Under the pieces are notes generated by a model. It was not told where the DNA came from, searched no databases, and was given only the letters and a program-made list of their open reading frames with translations. DNA of 64,000 nt, taken from positions 9,784-73,783 of the IMG/VR virus record IMGVR_UViG_3300050138_000571. One strand, written 5' to 3'. Shown here piece after piece: positions 18,207-27,762 of this stretch; position 1 is the stretch's first letter; each line of letters begins with the position of its first letter. Made by a program: the position numbers and the translations under genes. This DNA is from a virus.

Positions 18207-19742
18207 ATGACGCAGCCTGGCAGATCCCCGACGACGCGAACCCCTCCTTCGCTCGTTGCGGTGACGCCAACCAAGCTCCGGATCAACGACATCAACGAAA
18301 CCGAGAGGGCAGCGCTACTTGAAGCGCTTTCATACGTCGATAACAAGGTCGATTACGCGCTCCGCAAACTCAAGTCCGGGAGCGTTTGGTTCATTCGCAA
18401 TCAAGGCCGGGCTGCATACACAGCCCGGCTCGCTGACCTGCAGCGCGAGCGGGATAAGTGTCTGCTCCTTAAGGACGAGAATGGGTATTGGACGTACACG
18501 GGCAACGCGAAGCTCGTAGCCGACACGATCGACACGCCCCCGCCCCGCATTGGATATGCAATGCCGGAACCCAAGCTCATCCCCTGGGCGAAGGTGCCCG
18601 AGAAGAAGCTACGGAAGTACCAGGAGGACATGGTCGCCGCGCTGCTGGCGGCGGCGCCGAACGGGCCAGCCGCGGTTGAGGTCGGGACAGGATTAGGCAA
18701 GAGCCTGGCCATCATGTACTTGGTCAAGCAACTAGGCCTCCAGACCGTCGTTATGGCCCCGAGTGCGTCGATTGCCGGACAGCTTTACAACGACTTCGTC
18801 GAGCACTTTGGCAAGGCGAAGGTCGGAATGTACGGCGACGGTAAAAAGGAGTTCAAGAAGCAGTTCACGATCGCGATCGGGGCAAGTCTGACCCGCGTCG
18901 CCGAGGGATCCCCGATCTGGAATACCCTATCGACAGCCAAGGTCTTCATCGCTGACGAGAGTCACCAGACGCCGGCTGCCACGCTCGCCAAGGTGTGCTT
19001 TGGACTCTTGGCATCTGCTCCCTATCGGTTCTTCTTCAGCGGCACTCAGCTCAGGGGAGACGGCCTCGACCTCGTTCTTGGCGGGATCACGGGCCCGATC
19101 GTCTACACGATGTCGGTACAGGACGGGGTCGACCAGGGATTCCTAGCCAAGCCGGTATTCCGAATGGTCTGGATGAAATCCACAGTCGAGTGTGAAAGCG
19201 ACGACGTCAACGATCTGACACGCGCCCACGTTTACTACAACGAGGCCGTCAACAAGGCCGCGGCGATGTTCGCGAACAAGGCGGTCGCTGTCATGGGGCG
19301 GCCAACTCTCATCCTCATCGACGAACTGGAGCAGTTCTCCAAGCTCCTACCGTACCTCGGGTACGACGTCCGATTCGCACACGGTGGCGTGACTGCCGAC
19401 AACAAGCAGTTCGTCCCTGAGAAGTACCACGACAGTAATCCTGACCAGTTCGTCGAGGAGTTCAACGACGGCAAGTTCCCGATCCTCGTAGGCACGTCCT
19501 GTATTGCGACCGGGACCGACATCAAGGTCGCGGCTGCAATCATTTACCTCCGCGGTGGCAAGTCCGAGGTCGAAGTTCGCCAGGGCGCCGTTGGCCGAGG
19601 GACCCGTCTCGTTCCTGGGAAGGAAGACGTTATCGTAATCGATTTTGGCATTTTGAACGTAGAGCCGCTAAAGCGCCACGCAGAGGCCCGGCGAGCTATC
19701 TACAAGTCCGTGTACCCATCCTATTCAGAGATCACGCTGTGA
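18207..19742 (+). CDS. SF2 (UvsW-like) DNA helicase
   Basis: LRKYQ, GTGLGKS, IADESH, FSGT, ATGTDI, QGAVGRGTR motifs. Confidence 0.88.
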   Translation: MTQPGRSPTTRTPPSLVAVTPTKLRINDINETERAALLEALSYVDNKVDYALRKLKSGSVWFIRNQGRAAYTARLADLQRERDKCLLLKDENGYWTYTGNAKLVADTIDTPPPRIGYAMPEPKLIPWAKVPEKKLRKYQEDMVAALLAAAPNGPAAVEVGTGLGKSLAIMYLVKQLGLQTVVMAPSASIAGQLYNDFVEHFGKAKVGMYGDGKKEFKKQFTIAIGASLTRVAEGSPIWNTLSTAKVFIADESHQTPAATLAKVCFGLLASAPYRFFFSGTQLRGDGLDLVLGGITGPIVYTMSVQDGVDQGFLAKPVFRMVWMKSTVECESDDVNDLTRAHVYYNEAVNKAAAMFANKAVAVMGRPTLILIDELEQFSKLLPYLGYDVRFAHGGVTADNKQFVPEKYHDSNPDQFVEEFNDGKFPILVGTSCIATGTDIKVAAAIIYLRGGKSEVEVRQGAVGRGTRLVPGKEDVIVIDFGILNVEPLKRHAEARRAIYKSVYPSYSEITL

Positions 19743-20278
19743 AACGGTGTACTCAATGCAAAGAGACCGATCGGTCTCAGTTTTCACGACGCGCAGATAG
19801 CTCCGATGGATTGTCCCCCGTCTGCAAGGCGTGCAGAAAACGGTACGCCCACAAATATTATGTAGACAACCTCCAAAAGGTGCGAGCGACGAACAATGCC
19901 CGTTACCAACTAGACAAAGTATCCAGAACTGCCAAGTCGCGTGAGTTCAACGAGAAGCACCCCTACCGGGTTATGCTTCAAAGCTCCCGTCGTCGTGCGC
20001 AACAACGCGGCGTACCCTTCGGTATCACCGAAGAAGACATCAAACGTGCGTGGCCCCAGGACAACAAGTGCCCGGTATTGGGCTACGAACTCAAACGGGC
20101 GACAGGGCAGCCCGCATGGAGTTCGCCATCCCTGGATGCAGTGGTTCCGGCAAAGGGATATGTGCCAGGAAATATCTGCATCATTTCCCACAGGGCTAAC
20201 TGCCTGAAGCGTGATTGTTGCGATCCGCACGAGCTGGAACTCCTGGGCTTATGGATGCATCGGATGGGAGTTTCGTAA
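19739..20278 (+). CDS. HNH-type homing endonuclease
   Basis: N-terminal CTQC...CKAC; C-terminal CPVLG...SPSLD.VVP.KGY..GN...IS..AN..K. Confidence 0.75.
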   Translation: MKRCTQCKETDRSQFSRRADSSDGLSPVCKACRKRYAHKYYVDNLQKVRATNNARYQLDKVSRTAKSREFNEKHPYRVMLQSSRRRAQQRGVPFGITEEDIKRAWPQDNKCPVLGYELKRATGQPAWSSPSLDAVVPAKGYVPGNICIISHRANCLKRDCCDPHELELLGLWMHRMGVS

Positions 20279-20280
20279 CC

Positions 20281-20640
20281 ATGGCCCGCCCAAGCAGCAC
20301 TCAGCGTACCAAAAAACCCAGAACGACATCGTATTCGGAAGCAATGGACGTGTCTTGGCCACGGGGCCGGTACCTCGTCGAGTTGATGGAAGGAAGCACC
20401 AAGGCCCGGACCGAAAAAGACACGATCAAGGCCCTCCGTTCCGCCAAAGAAAGGCTGGACCAGGAAATCGCGACCCTAACCAAGAAACGGGACTCGCTGC
20501 GGGCTTCCCTAAAACGCATCTGCAACCACCCCCTTCAACAACTCCGGGTCGCGGAATCTCAGGGAGAGGACGGGTTCACCTACACCGTGACCTGTAGCTG
20601 CGGCGGCGCCACCTTACGCGTTCACAAAAAGGAAATCTGA
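20281..20640 (+). CDS. Hypothetical protein with coiled coil
   Basis: ATG 20281; its stop overlaps the sigma start (TGATG). Confidence 0.55.
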   Translation: MARPSSTQRTKKPRTTSYSEAMDVSWPRGRYLVELMEGSTKARTEKDTIKALRSAKERLDQEIATLTKKRDSLRASLKRICNHPLQQLRVAESQGEDGFTYTVTCSCGGATLRVHKKEI

Positions 20641-21680
20641 TGAAAATGACCACCGTAGACGAGCATTTCCGCCAATTCGCCCATTCCGTCGAGTTGGGGA
20701 TCCGACACGTGGGGGCCACGGACCGTAACGGCCACCAGCTCGCCTCGGTGAACGCGCTACTCGACCTGGAAGACCGGTTCAAGATCGCGATCCTGAAGTC
20801 GAAACACAAAATTGACGTGTACTCAGCCTTCATCGACCACATTCGCCTCAACCGCCACAACATCCTCGACGCCCGCCCGTTCTTCCGAGAGCGCAAAGAG
20901 ACGTTTTCGGACCAGATCAGCGACGCGTTCAAACAGGAGCGCCCGGAAATTCTCTTCCGGTACCGAATCAACTACCGATTCGTCACGTTCGTCATGGGGC
21001 TGGGGTTGTTTGGGCCTACGAGCCGGGTAGCAATCCTCGCGAAGAAGATAGAGGCGCTGCGGCAGGAGCTAGCCGTCGTCCTGCTCCCGCTGTGCATCAA
21101 CCGGGCGCGGGTGTTCTACCGCAAGACCCCGAAGGCCCACCTGGCGCACATGGATATGGTCCAGAACGCATTCGAGGGCCTGCTCTGTGGGATGGACAAA
21201 TATTGTCCAGAGGAAGGGCAGCCGATCGACATGATCGTTTTCCGATCGACGGTCATCGGCCGCATCTCGGGAAACTTGATCTCGGATTACAACCAGACCG
21301 CGATCCACTTTTACCCGTTGGAGCGCCGCAAGCTCTATCGTGCTCGCAAGGCGGCCGTGAGAGCGGTCGCCGGGGGCATGGATTCCGCCCAAATAGCTGC
21401 GATCGTCAACGAAGACCTCGGCGCCGATAACACCGAGCTTCACACCACGGCCTCGGAGATCGCTGAGCTGATGGCGGCGTCTTCGCCGGTATCGGCGGAC
21501 AGCGCTCCAATCCAGGATCCCGAAGCCATTGGGTTGCTCGAACGTTACGCGGCGCCGGAGGAAGGGCGGCCGGACGTGTTGGTGGAAGAAAAAGGTGTAA
21601 TGGCGTCGTTAGCAATCGCGTTTGCCCAATTGACCCCGTACGAACAGAAATTCATGAGGCTCCGGGGCATCCGCCTGTAG
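20640..21680 (+). CDS. Phage sigma70-family factor, truncated after region 4.1
   Basis: Region 2-like LPLCINRARVFY...HMDMVQNAFEGLLCGMDKY.PEEG...FRSTVIGRI; region 3-like AQIAAIVN; ends LAQLTPYEQKFMRLRGIRL with no 4.2 HTH. Confidence 0.75.
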   Translation: MKMTTVDEHFRQFAHSVELGIRHVGATDRNGHQLASVNALLDLEDRFKIAILKSKHKIDVYSAFIDHIRLNRHNILDARPFFRERKETFSDQISDAFKQERPEILFRYRINYRFVTFVMGLGLFGPTSRVAILAKKIEALRQELAVVLLPLCINRARVFYRKTPKAHLAHMDMVQNAFEGLLCGMDKYCPEEGQPIDMIVFRSTVIGRISGNLISDYNQTAIHFYPLERRKLYRARKAAVRAVAGGMDSAQIAAIVNEDLGADNTELHTTASEIAELMAASSPVSADSAPIQDPEAIGLLERYAAPEEGRPDVLVEEKGVMASLAIAFAQLTPYEQKFMRLRGIRL

Positions 21681-21683
21681 GGG

Positions 21684-21695
21684 CGTTCGCTATAG
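21684..21695 (+). promoter_or_regulatory. Phage promoter motif A
   Basis: Exact 12-mer after the sigma stop. Confidence 0.8.
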
Positions 21696-21739
21696 GGAAG
21701 GGTAAGGGAAGATTCGTCTCCCCCATCGAAAGGAATAAG

Positions 21740-22588
21740 ATGCCGAACAACTTCACCGACGAGGACCAAGAGGTCCAAGAAGAGGTCCCGAGTCAGGAGT
21801 TCGAAGACGACGGGGGCATCGACGTGGGCGGAGCCGGCATCGAGGTAGAGGCCGTTGCCGAGGACTTCGTCGAGAACATGACGAGGGAGTCGACCGACAT
21901 CGCCAACATGAGCGAGGCGGAGCGCCGGCTGGACATCGCCGGCTACTATCGCCAGCTGTTGCGCGGCTCGATCTTCGAAAGTAACGATCCTGGGGCGTGC
22001 CAGGTCAACGCTGAGCTGGCGGAGTTCGTTGAGGGGAGACTCCAGACTCTCTTAGGTATCCGTGCCGACCACCGGCCAATCGCGGTCCTGAAGCCGCAAT
22101 TCAGCGACGATGAGGTCGCGTCGTTGCGCAGGTTTGCCGCGATGTCGGAGGTTGAGTTGACGGTGTTCTGGGCGCTGCTCGCTACCGCGGCCCGTTCCAA
22201 GAGCGTCGTGGGTGCGCCTCCCGTCAAGGCTCAACCGGCCCCCGCAAAGGTAGTCCCCGTTCAGAAGGAAATGAAGCCCGCTCCAACGATGAGGAGAATC
22301 ACGGCCCCGAACGCCGTGCCCGCCCCGGCGCCGCCCACTCGTGTTGGGCGTTCCGCCGCCACTCTCGCTCCGCGAGCCCGACCCCCTTCACAACAGCCGG
22401 GCCCCGCGCCGGTCCGCCAGGGTCCCGAGGCGGCCTCTTCGGGCCCGCCCAAGCCCCTCCGCATGCCCCGGGGGAAGGCAATGGAGGGCGTCATGATGCA
22501 CACGGCGATCTCTCAGACGAGTTCGGGTGAGCGCATCGACGAGGCCTATCGCAGTGGCCGTCTCGGCGATACCAAAGTTCAACGGTAA
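21740..22588 (+). CDS. Hypothetical protein, acidic N-terminus and Pro/Ala-rich C-terminus
   Basis: Follows the motif at 21684; AGGA-type RBS. Confidence 0.6.
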   Translation: MPNNFTDEDQEVQEEVPSQEFEDDGGIDVGGAGIEVEAVAEDFVENMTRESTDIANMSEAERRLDIAGYYRQLLRGSIFESNDPGACQVNAELAEFVEGRLQTLLGIRADHRPIAVLKPQFSDDEVASLRRFAAMSEVELTVFWALLATAARSKSVVGAPPVKAQPAPAKVVPVQKEMKPAPTMRRITAPNAVPAPAPPTRVGRSAATLAPRARPPSQQPGPAPVRQGPEAASSGPPKPLRMPRGKAMEGVMMHTAISQTSSGERIDEAYRSGRLGDTKVQR

Positions 22589-22641
22589 CAGAGCGTCGTC
22601 GCGCGTCGCGGGCGACAAAAACCAAACAAGGAGATTCAAGC

Positions 22642-23337
22642 ATGGGTTCAGGAACTGGAAAGAAAGTGATGTCGGCTCTTCAACGGCTCGATCGGGCGGA
22701 GGCCCAGATCGCCCTCCTGAACGAGGACCGGATGAAGTTCATCGAGGCCGTCAACGGAGCCGTTGCCCAACAGGGTGAGAAGTCGTCGACCATCGAGGGC
22801 GTCGTCAACGCGATCGTAGACGTTCTGGACAAGACGACGTCCAACTTGGTCGCGAGCAAGACCCTTACGATCAGTCCAGGGACGGTCCTGGAGGTCTTGA
22901 AGTCGCACCTCGCGATCCGCCGCGCGGCCCAGATCGAGCGAGACAAGGCGGCCATCGTGGCCCTGACCGAAAACGGCTCCCTGGTGGTGTCTGATGCGAT
23001 CTCCGAAAACTCGCTGATCGTCGGCGAGGAAGGGGACGAGAGCGCTGGCGGCCCCGGATGGGTGCAGATGGAGTTCGGCAACATCCTGGAGGAGTTCCAA
23101 GCTCTCTTGATCGGGAAGCACGTCGGCGACGAAGTCCAACTCGGGAAGCACAAGCTCGTCGTGAAGGAGATCTACACGATCGTTCCGAAGGATCCCAACC
23201 CTACGACTGCTCGCCACGATGCCGTGATGGAAAAGATGCTGGTCGGCCAACTGGAGGTCCCGGAAACCTCGGGTTACGTCGCCCAGACGTTCGCCGAGGC
23301 CACCGCCAACGACAGCTCCACCAACGAGGTCGCCTAG
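22642..23337 (+). CDS. Hypothetical protein with possible FKBP/GreA-like C-terminal domain
   Basis: MEFGNILEEFQALLIGKHVGDEV resembles trigger-factor FKBP segment FE..L.G...G. AGGAG RBS. Confidence 0.5.
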   Translation: MGSGTGKKVMSALQRLDRAEAQIALLNEDRMKFIEAVNGAVAQQGEKSSTIEGVVNAIVDVLDKTTSNLVASKTLTISPGTVLEVLKSHLAIRRAAQIERDKAAIVALTENGSLVVSDAISENSLIVGEEGDESAGGPGWVQMEFGNILEEFQALLIGKHVGDEVQLGKHKLVVKEIYTIVPKDPNPTTARHDAVMEKMLVGQLEVPETSGYVAQTFAEATANDSSTNEVA

Positions 23338-23341
23338 TTCC

Positions 23342-24949
23342 ATGGAGAACGCCCCCAAATGTCCCAACTGCGAAGGGGACATGAAGCCCCGCTCGAAGTC
23401 GCCCGGCGGTAAGACCCGCTGGGAGTGCAGGACGAAGAAGGGTGGGGTCGAGACGTATTGCTACTCGACGACCAACCCCAACGCTCCGGCCAAGGCTTCG
23501 AACGGGCGCTCCAAGGGGGCGAAGAAGCATCCGGTGTTCAAGCGCAAGCTGAAGGACACCCAGGTCTACATCATCACGTCGGCCCAGAACGCGACGCCCG
23601 TTCACGACGTGTTCTGGGGCTGCCTGCGGACGATGGCGAAACACCGTGGCGCCGAGCTGCTGGTGGTTCCGATCCGCTACAAGAACCCGACCAGCCGCTG
23701 GACAGATTCACAGGCGAATGCCGAGGTCTGGCCAGAGCAGGTGCGACCGTACCTCTGGAATCAGCGCAAGGTCCTCAACCAAAACCTGGTGCTGTTGGGC
23801 GACATCAAGACGCAACCCACCGCGGTCAGCCCGCTCTCCGGCTTCGACGGCATCTCGGGAGCGTCGAGCGCCATCTTAGGCCACACCAAGTTGGAGCTGA
23901 ATTCAGTCGCCACGCCGTCCAATCAGATGGCGAAGATCATGACGACGACTGGCGCCTGCACGGTGCCAAACTACACGGACAGCAAGGCGGGGCGGCTTGG
24001 TAAATTCCACCACGCGCTGGCTGCCGTGGTTGTCGAGGTCGTGGGGAAGACGTTCTTCCTGCGGCACCTGAACTTCGATACGAAGTCGGAGAGCTTCACC
24101 GACCTCGAAACCCGCTACCACGAGGACCGTCACGAGCCGGCTCCGCGTGCCCTCGCCCTCATCATGGGAGATACCCACACCGACTTCATTTCGAAGGGGG
24201 TAGAGACCGCCACCTTTGGACCCGGCGGCATCGTCGAGACCATCAAGCCCGAGCACCTGGTGTGGCACGACTTGCTCGACGGCTACGCAGTGAATCCGCA
24301 CCACAAGGGCAATCCCTTCAACAGTATTGCCAAGATCCAGGGCGGTCGAGCCGGCATCAAAGCCGAGGTCGAGCGGGCATGCCACTTCGTCAAGGACCAT
24401 ACGCCGCCAGACACGCTCTCGGTGATTGTGCCCAGCAACCACGACGACTTTCTCCGGCGCTGGATCGTCACCGCGGACTGGAAGACGGAGCCCGGCAACG
24501 CGCTCTTCTACCTGGAGACCGCAGCCGAGATGGTCAGGCGGACTCGGTTCGTTGAGGGCTTTGGGACCTGGTACCCGAGCCCGTTCCCGATGATCTTCAA
24601 AAGGACGGTCGACTGCAGCAACGTCGAGCTGCTGGAATCGGATCCGGAGCGCCCAGAGAAGCCATTCACATTGGCAGGAATCGAGCTGAGCATGCACGGG
24701 GATCGAGGTCCGAACGGATCTCGCGGCAGCATCCAGAACCACAAGCGGCTGGGCGTCCGCTGCGTCATCGGCCACAGCCACAGCCCCGGCATCAAAGAGG
24801 GCGCGTACCAGTGTGGCACCAGCACGAACCTGCGACTGGAGTACACGACCGGTCCCAGCAGCTGGCTCAATTGCCATTGCATCATCAACGCGGACGGCAA
24901 GCGCCAGCTCCTCATCATCGTCGGGGACAATTGGCGGGGCAACATCTAA
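23342..24949 (+). CDS. T5 A1-like calcineurin-fold phosphoesterase/nuclease with N-terminal Zn ribbon
   Basis: YIITSAQN.T.VH..F, GDTHTD, HDLLDG, SNHDD, MHGD.GPNGSRGS, GHSH motifs. Confidence 0.7.
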   Translation: MENAPKCPNCEGDMKPRSKSPGGKTRWECRTKKGGVETYCYSTTNPNAPAKASNGRSKGAKKHPVFKRKLKDTQVYIITSAQNATPVHDVFWGCLRTMAKHRGAELLVVPIRYKNPTSRWTDSQANAEVWPEQVRPYLWNQRKVLNQNLVLLGDIKTQPTAVSPLSGFDGISGASSAILGHTKLELNSVATPSNQMAKIMTTTGACTVPNYTDSKAGRLGKFHHALAAVVVEVVGKTFFLRHLNFDTKSESFTDLETRYHEDRHEPAPRALALIMGDTHTDFISKGVETATFGPGGIVETIKPEHLVWHDLLDGYAVNPHHKGNPFNSIAKIQGGRAGIKAEVERACHFVKDHTPPDTLSVIVPSNHDDFLRRWIVTADWKTEPGNALFYLETAAEMVRRTRFVEGFGTWYPSPFPMIFKRTVDCSNVELLESDPERPEKPFTLAGIELSMHGDRGPNGSRGSIQNHKRLGVRCVIGHSHSPGIKEGAYQCGTSTNLRLEYTTGPSSWLNCHCIINADGKRQLLIIVGDNWRGNI

Positions 24950-25381
24950 GTGACCGCTCTCGACGAAATCTGTTTTCTTGAGCAGCAGATTCACGACCTG
25001 GTCCGCTCATCGCAGGAGTACGAAGGCCGCGCGGTCCGGGCGCGGATGGACATCAAGAAACTTCAGACCGTCCTGGAGACCGCGGCAAGAGATCTGAAGT
25101 TTCACGAAAACAACATCCTTCACGTCAAAGGAGCCGACAGCGAGCTGCCAATCAACCTCAACGAGTTCGCCAAGTCCAAGAAGAACCGCCAAAAGGCACA
25201 GATCAGTTACGAGAACGCGAAGGTTGGGATCCTGCAAGCGGAAGGGGCCATCGCGAGGTGCCAAGAGGAAGTGGACAGGAACACTAGGCGCCTCGACGAG
25301 ATCAAGGGCCGGTTGTCCGAGTACGGACAGATCATCGAATTCCCGGCGAATCGCAAGGAGTCATCAACCGATGGAAATTAA
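24950..25381 (+). CDS. Hypothetical coiled-coil protein
   Basis: Abuts both neighbours. Confidence 0.55.
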   Translation: MTALDEICFLEQQIHDLVRSSQEYEGRAVRARMDIKKLQTVLETAARDLKFHENNILHVKGADSELPINLNEFAKSKKNRQKAQISYENAKVGILQAEGAIARCQEEVDRNTRRLDEIKGRLSEYGQIIEFPANRKESSTDGN

Positions 25382-25628
25382 TGAAACGAACGCCGCCGAG
25401 CAGCCAGCTTTTCGAGTAAAGGCAGAGGATCCGCGCGAGCGCGTGTTGCGGAAATACGATTTTGTGAACGCCAAGCGGATGAACAATTCGCTGACGGTCG
25501 CCGAGGAGAGGTACCCAGACGGGGCCCCCGATCACGTCATTGCCACGTTGTTGGCGATCACCGTCGAAGAGGTCGAGCGGGAGAACAAAGAGATCACTAA
25601 CAAGCTCCGGCGTCTGATGAAGGTTTAA
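25371..25628 (+). CDS. Small protein with sigma region-4-like HTH
   Basis: C-terminal DHVIATLLAITVEEVERENKEITNKLRRLMK resembles region 4.2 (EIA..LGI....V......A..KLR..L). Start reassigned to ATG 25371. Confidence 0.5.
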   Translation: MEINETNAAEQPAFRVKAEDPRERVLRKYDFVNAKRMNNSLTVAEERYPDGAPDHVIATLLAITVEEVERENKEITNKLRRLMKV

Positions 25629-25637
25629 CAAGGAGAC

Positions 25638-25940
25638 ATGAACATGGGAAAGAGAAAAGTAGCAGTCACGAGTCTGACCGAGAGAGAGATCCGTGGCCTG
25701 CTTGATGATGCGATGGCTGAATGTGCACGGCTTAGGGAGGCGCTTGACGAGGCCCGGGTGCGACGCCAGGAGATCCCTCGGCCGCAGTTTTCTCAGATGA
25801 CGGACTCGGAGATGGAGATCGCCATGCTCAATCTTGCCCAACGGCAATCGGCCGGTGGAATTGCGCACCTGGGACTCGTGGATGCTCCGTCCGCCTTGGA
25901 AATGGCGGGGATCAGCATCGATGAGGAAGAGGAAACGTAA
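25638..25940 (+). CDS. Hypothetical protein
   Basis: AAGGAG RBS; in operon. Confidence 0.55.
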   Translation: MNMGKRKVAVTSLTEREIRGLLDDAMAECARLREALDEARVRRQEIPRPQFSQMTDSEMEIAMLNLAQRQSAGGIAHLGLVDAPSALEMAGISIDEEEET

Positions 25941-25950
25941 AGCCCGAGGG

Positions 25951-25962
25951 CGTTCGCTATAG
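25951..25962 (+). promoter_or_regulatory. Phage promoter motif A
   Basis: Exact 12-mer, 10 nt before dnaE-N. Confidence 0.8.
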
Positions 25963-25971
25963 ACCTGGTAG

Positions 25972-27762
25972 ATGTCCCGTCGCTTCGCCAATTTCGTAAG
26001 TTGTCATGTCCATCCGAACAGCCTCGACAGCGGATCTACTCCGGAGTCGTTCGCTGAACGTGAGGCTGAGCTAGAGACCGGCGCCATCACGTGCACGGAT
26101 CACGGGACGCTCCAGGCCGCTCCCAAGATTTACGATCTCGGAAAAGAGAAGGGGCTGACGCCGATCGTCGGCATCGAGGCGTATTTCCGGGATGACGAGT
26201 GCAGCATCCTGACCGCCAACGGCTACCAGAAGAACGAGCGCGGAGGATTCATCAGCGCGCCGAAATACATGCACATCACTTTGCACGCGATGGACTACCT
26301 CGCGTACCGGTGCATGGTCCGGCTGATCTCTCGCGCCGACACCCGCCTCGAAGCTGACAAAGAGCGGATGGAGCCCGTCCACCGGAAAATGGGCAGTGAA
26401 CGGAAGGCTTTGTTCCGCTGGGCCGACCTAGAGGAACTGGGCACGCACAATGTGACGGCGACATCAGGCTGCATGACCGGCGTCTGCAAGCGCCACATCC
26501 TCGACAATGATGACCCGAAAACTGCAATTCAGTACTTCGAGCGCCTCAAGTCCACGTTCAAGCCCGGTAACTTCTACGTCGAGCTGAACCCCCACGACAC
26601 CAGTCACGACTGGATCCAGGGCGTCTTCATCACAACGATCGACGGGACCGAACACAAGCTCTATGACGGGAAGATCGTCATGACGGACGCCGGGGAAATC
26701 CGGGCCGGCCAGCTGGCGAAGGAGTGGACGTTCGGGAAGCATCACATCCTCAAGTCAATCAAGGACCGCAGCAAGTGGCGGGAGATGGCTGAGGCCCAGA
26801 TAGTCAAGGTGGAGCAGCGAGAGGGGTTCGACCGCAACGAGTGTCGGCCCTGGGCGCAGGACGGCAACTACGAGGCCGCCTTGAACCGATTCATGTTCAT
26901 CCTCGCGAAGAAGCATGGGGTTCCCATCACCATCGGGGACGACTCGCATTACTCGACCGCGGGCTTGGCCATCGTTCAGGACGTGCGGCTCTCTCAGAAA
27001 GGGCCGTGGCGCTTTTACACCGGCGGCAAGCACAACACCTACCACCGGATGACGAGCGACGAGGCCTGGACTCATTTCCAGTCCATGCCGGGAGTCGGTG
27101 AGAAGGAATTCGAGAGCTGGATCGCCAACTCTCACGACCATGCCAGCCGCTTCAAAGACTTCAAGTTCGAGTCGGTGCCGTCGTTACCGACCAGATTCTA
27201 CGAGGCCGAGTACCAAAAGCGGCCCTGGTACGTGACCGGGAAGGCCGACAACAGCATCCGCTACACCATGGAGCTGATCCGCAAGCAAGGCCGGATGCGC
27301 TGGGACGACGCGAAGTACGTGAGGCGTCTCCGGCAAGAGATCGACTTGCTGCACGGCAACGGAACCATCGATCTGCTGCCGTATTTCATGATCGACGAGG
27401 ACGTCTGTTCCACGTACGAGCTGGCAGAGGAGTTGACGGGTCCGGGCCGAGGTTCGGCGGCCGGCGCGCTCATCAGCTATCTCCTCGGGATCACCCACGT
27501 CGACCCGCTCAAGTACGACCTGTCGCTCGACCGCTTCCTGACGAAGGACCGTATCAGCTCGGGGCGCTTGCCCGACATTGACCAGGATCTAAGTAGCCGC
27601 GACCTGCTGACCGGTGGCGACGGGTCCAACTACGTCGAAATCGAACTGGACGATGGATCGAAAAAGATCGCGCGAGCGACAGCCAAGGTCACCACCGACG
27701 AAGGCGAAGTCACCGTGCAGGAAGCGTTCGATCGCGGCCTCGACATTCGGAGTTGGACATGA
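25972..27762 (+). CDS. dnaE: DNA polymerase III alpha, N-terminal fragment (PHP domain plus first half of palm)
   Basis: PHP ligands HVH, SLD, TDHG, GIEAY, HITL, SGC, DDSHY; GPGRGSAAG.LISYLLGIT.VDP; RLPDIDQD with two catalytic Asp. Confidence 0.92.
   Translation: MSRRFANFVSCHVHPNSLDSGSTPESFAEREAELETGAITCTDHGTLQAAPKIYDLGKEKGLTPIVGIEAYFRDDECSILTANGYQKNERGGFISAPKYMHITLHAMDYLAYRCMVRLISRADTRLEADKERMEPVHRKMGSERKALFRWADLEELGTHNVTATSGCMTGVCKRHILDNDDPKTAIQYFERLKSTFKPGNFYVELNPHDTSHDWIQGVFITTIDGTEHKLYDGKIVMTDAGEIRAGQLAKEWTFGKHHILKSIKDRSKWREMAEAQIVKVEQREGFDRNECRPWAQDGNYEAALNRFMFILAKKHGVPITIGDDSHYSTAGLAIVQDVRLSQKGPWRFYTGGKHNTYHRMTSDEAWTHFQSMPGVGEKEFESWIANSHDHASRFKDFKFESVPSLPTRFYEAEYQKRPWYVTGKADNSIRYTMELIRKQGRMRWDDAKYVRRLRQEIDLLHGNGTIDLLPYFMIDEDVCSTYELAEELTGPGRGSAAGALISYLLGITHVDPLKYDLSLDRFLTKDRISSGRLPDIDQDLSSRDLLTGGDGSNYVEIELDDGSKKIARATAKVTTDEGEVTVQEAFDRGLDIRSWT
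26623..26826 (+). other. Intein/HINT block-B-like insertion in the DnaE PHP domain
   Basis: VFITTIDGTEHKLYDGKIVMTDAGEIRAGQL ... AQIVKVEQ inserted between YVELNPH and N...LAKK.GVP...DSHY. Confidence 0.55.

Noticed and set aside
22592-22622. GC hairpin as an intrinsic terminator
   Set aside because: Followed by A's on the coding strand, with no U-tract 3' of the stem on either strand.
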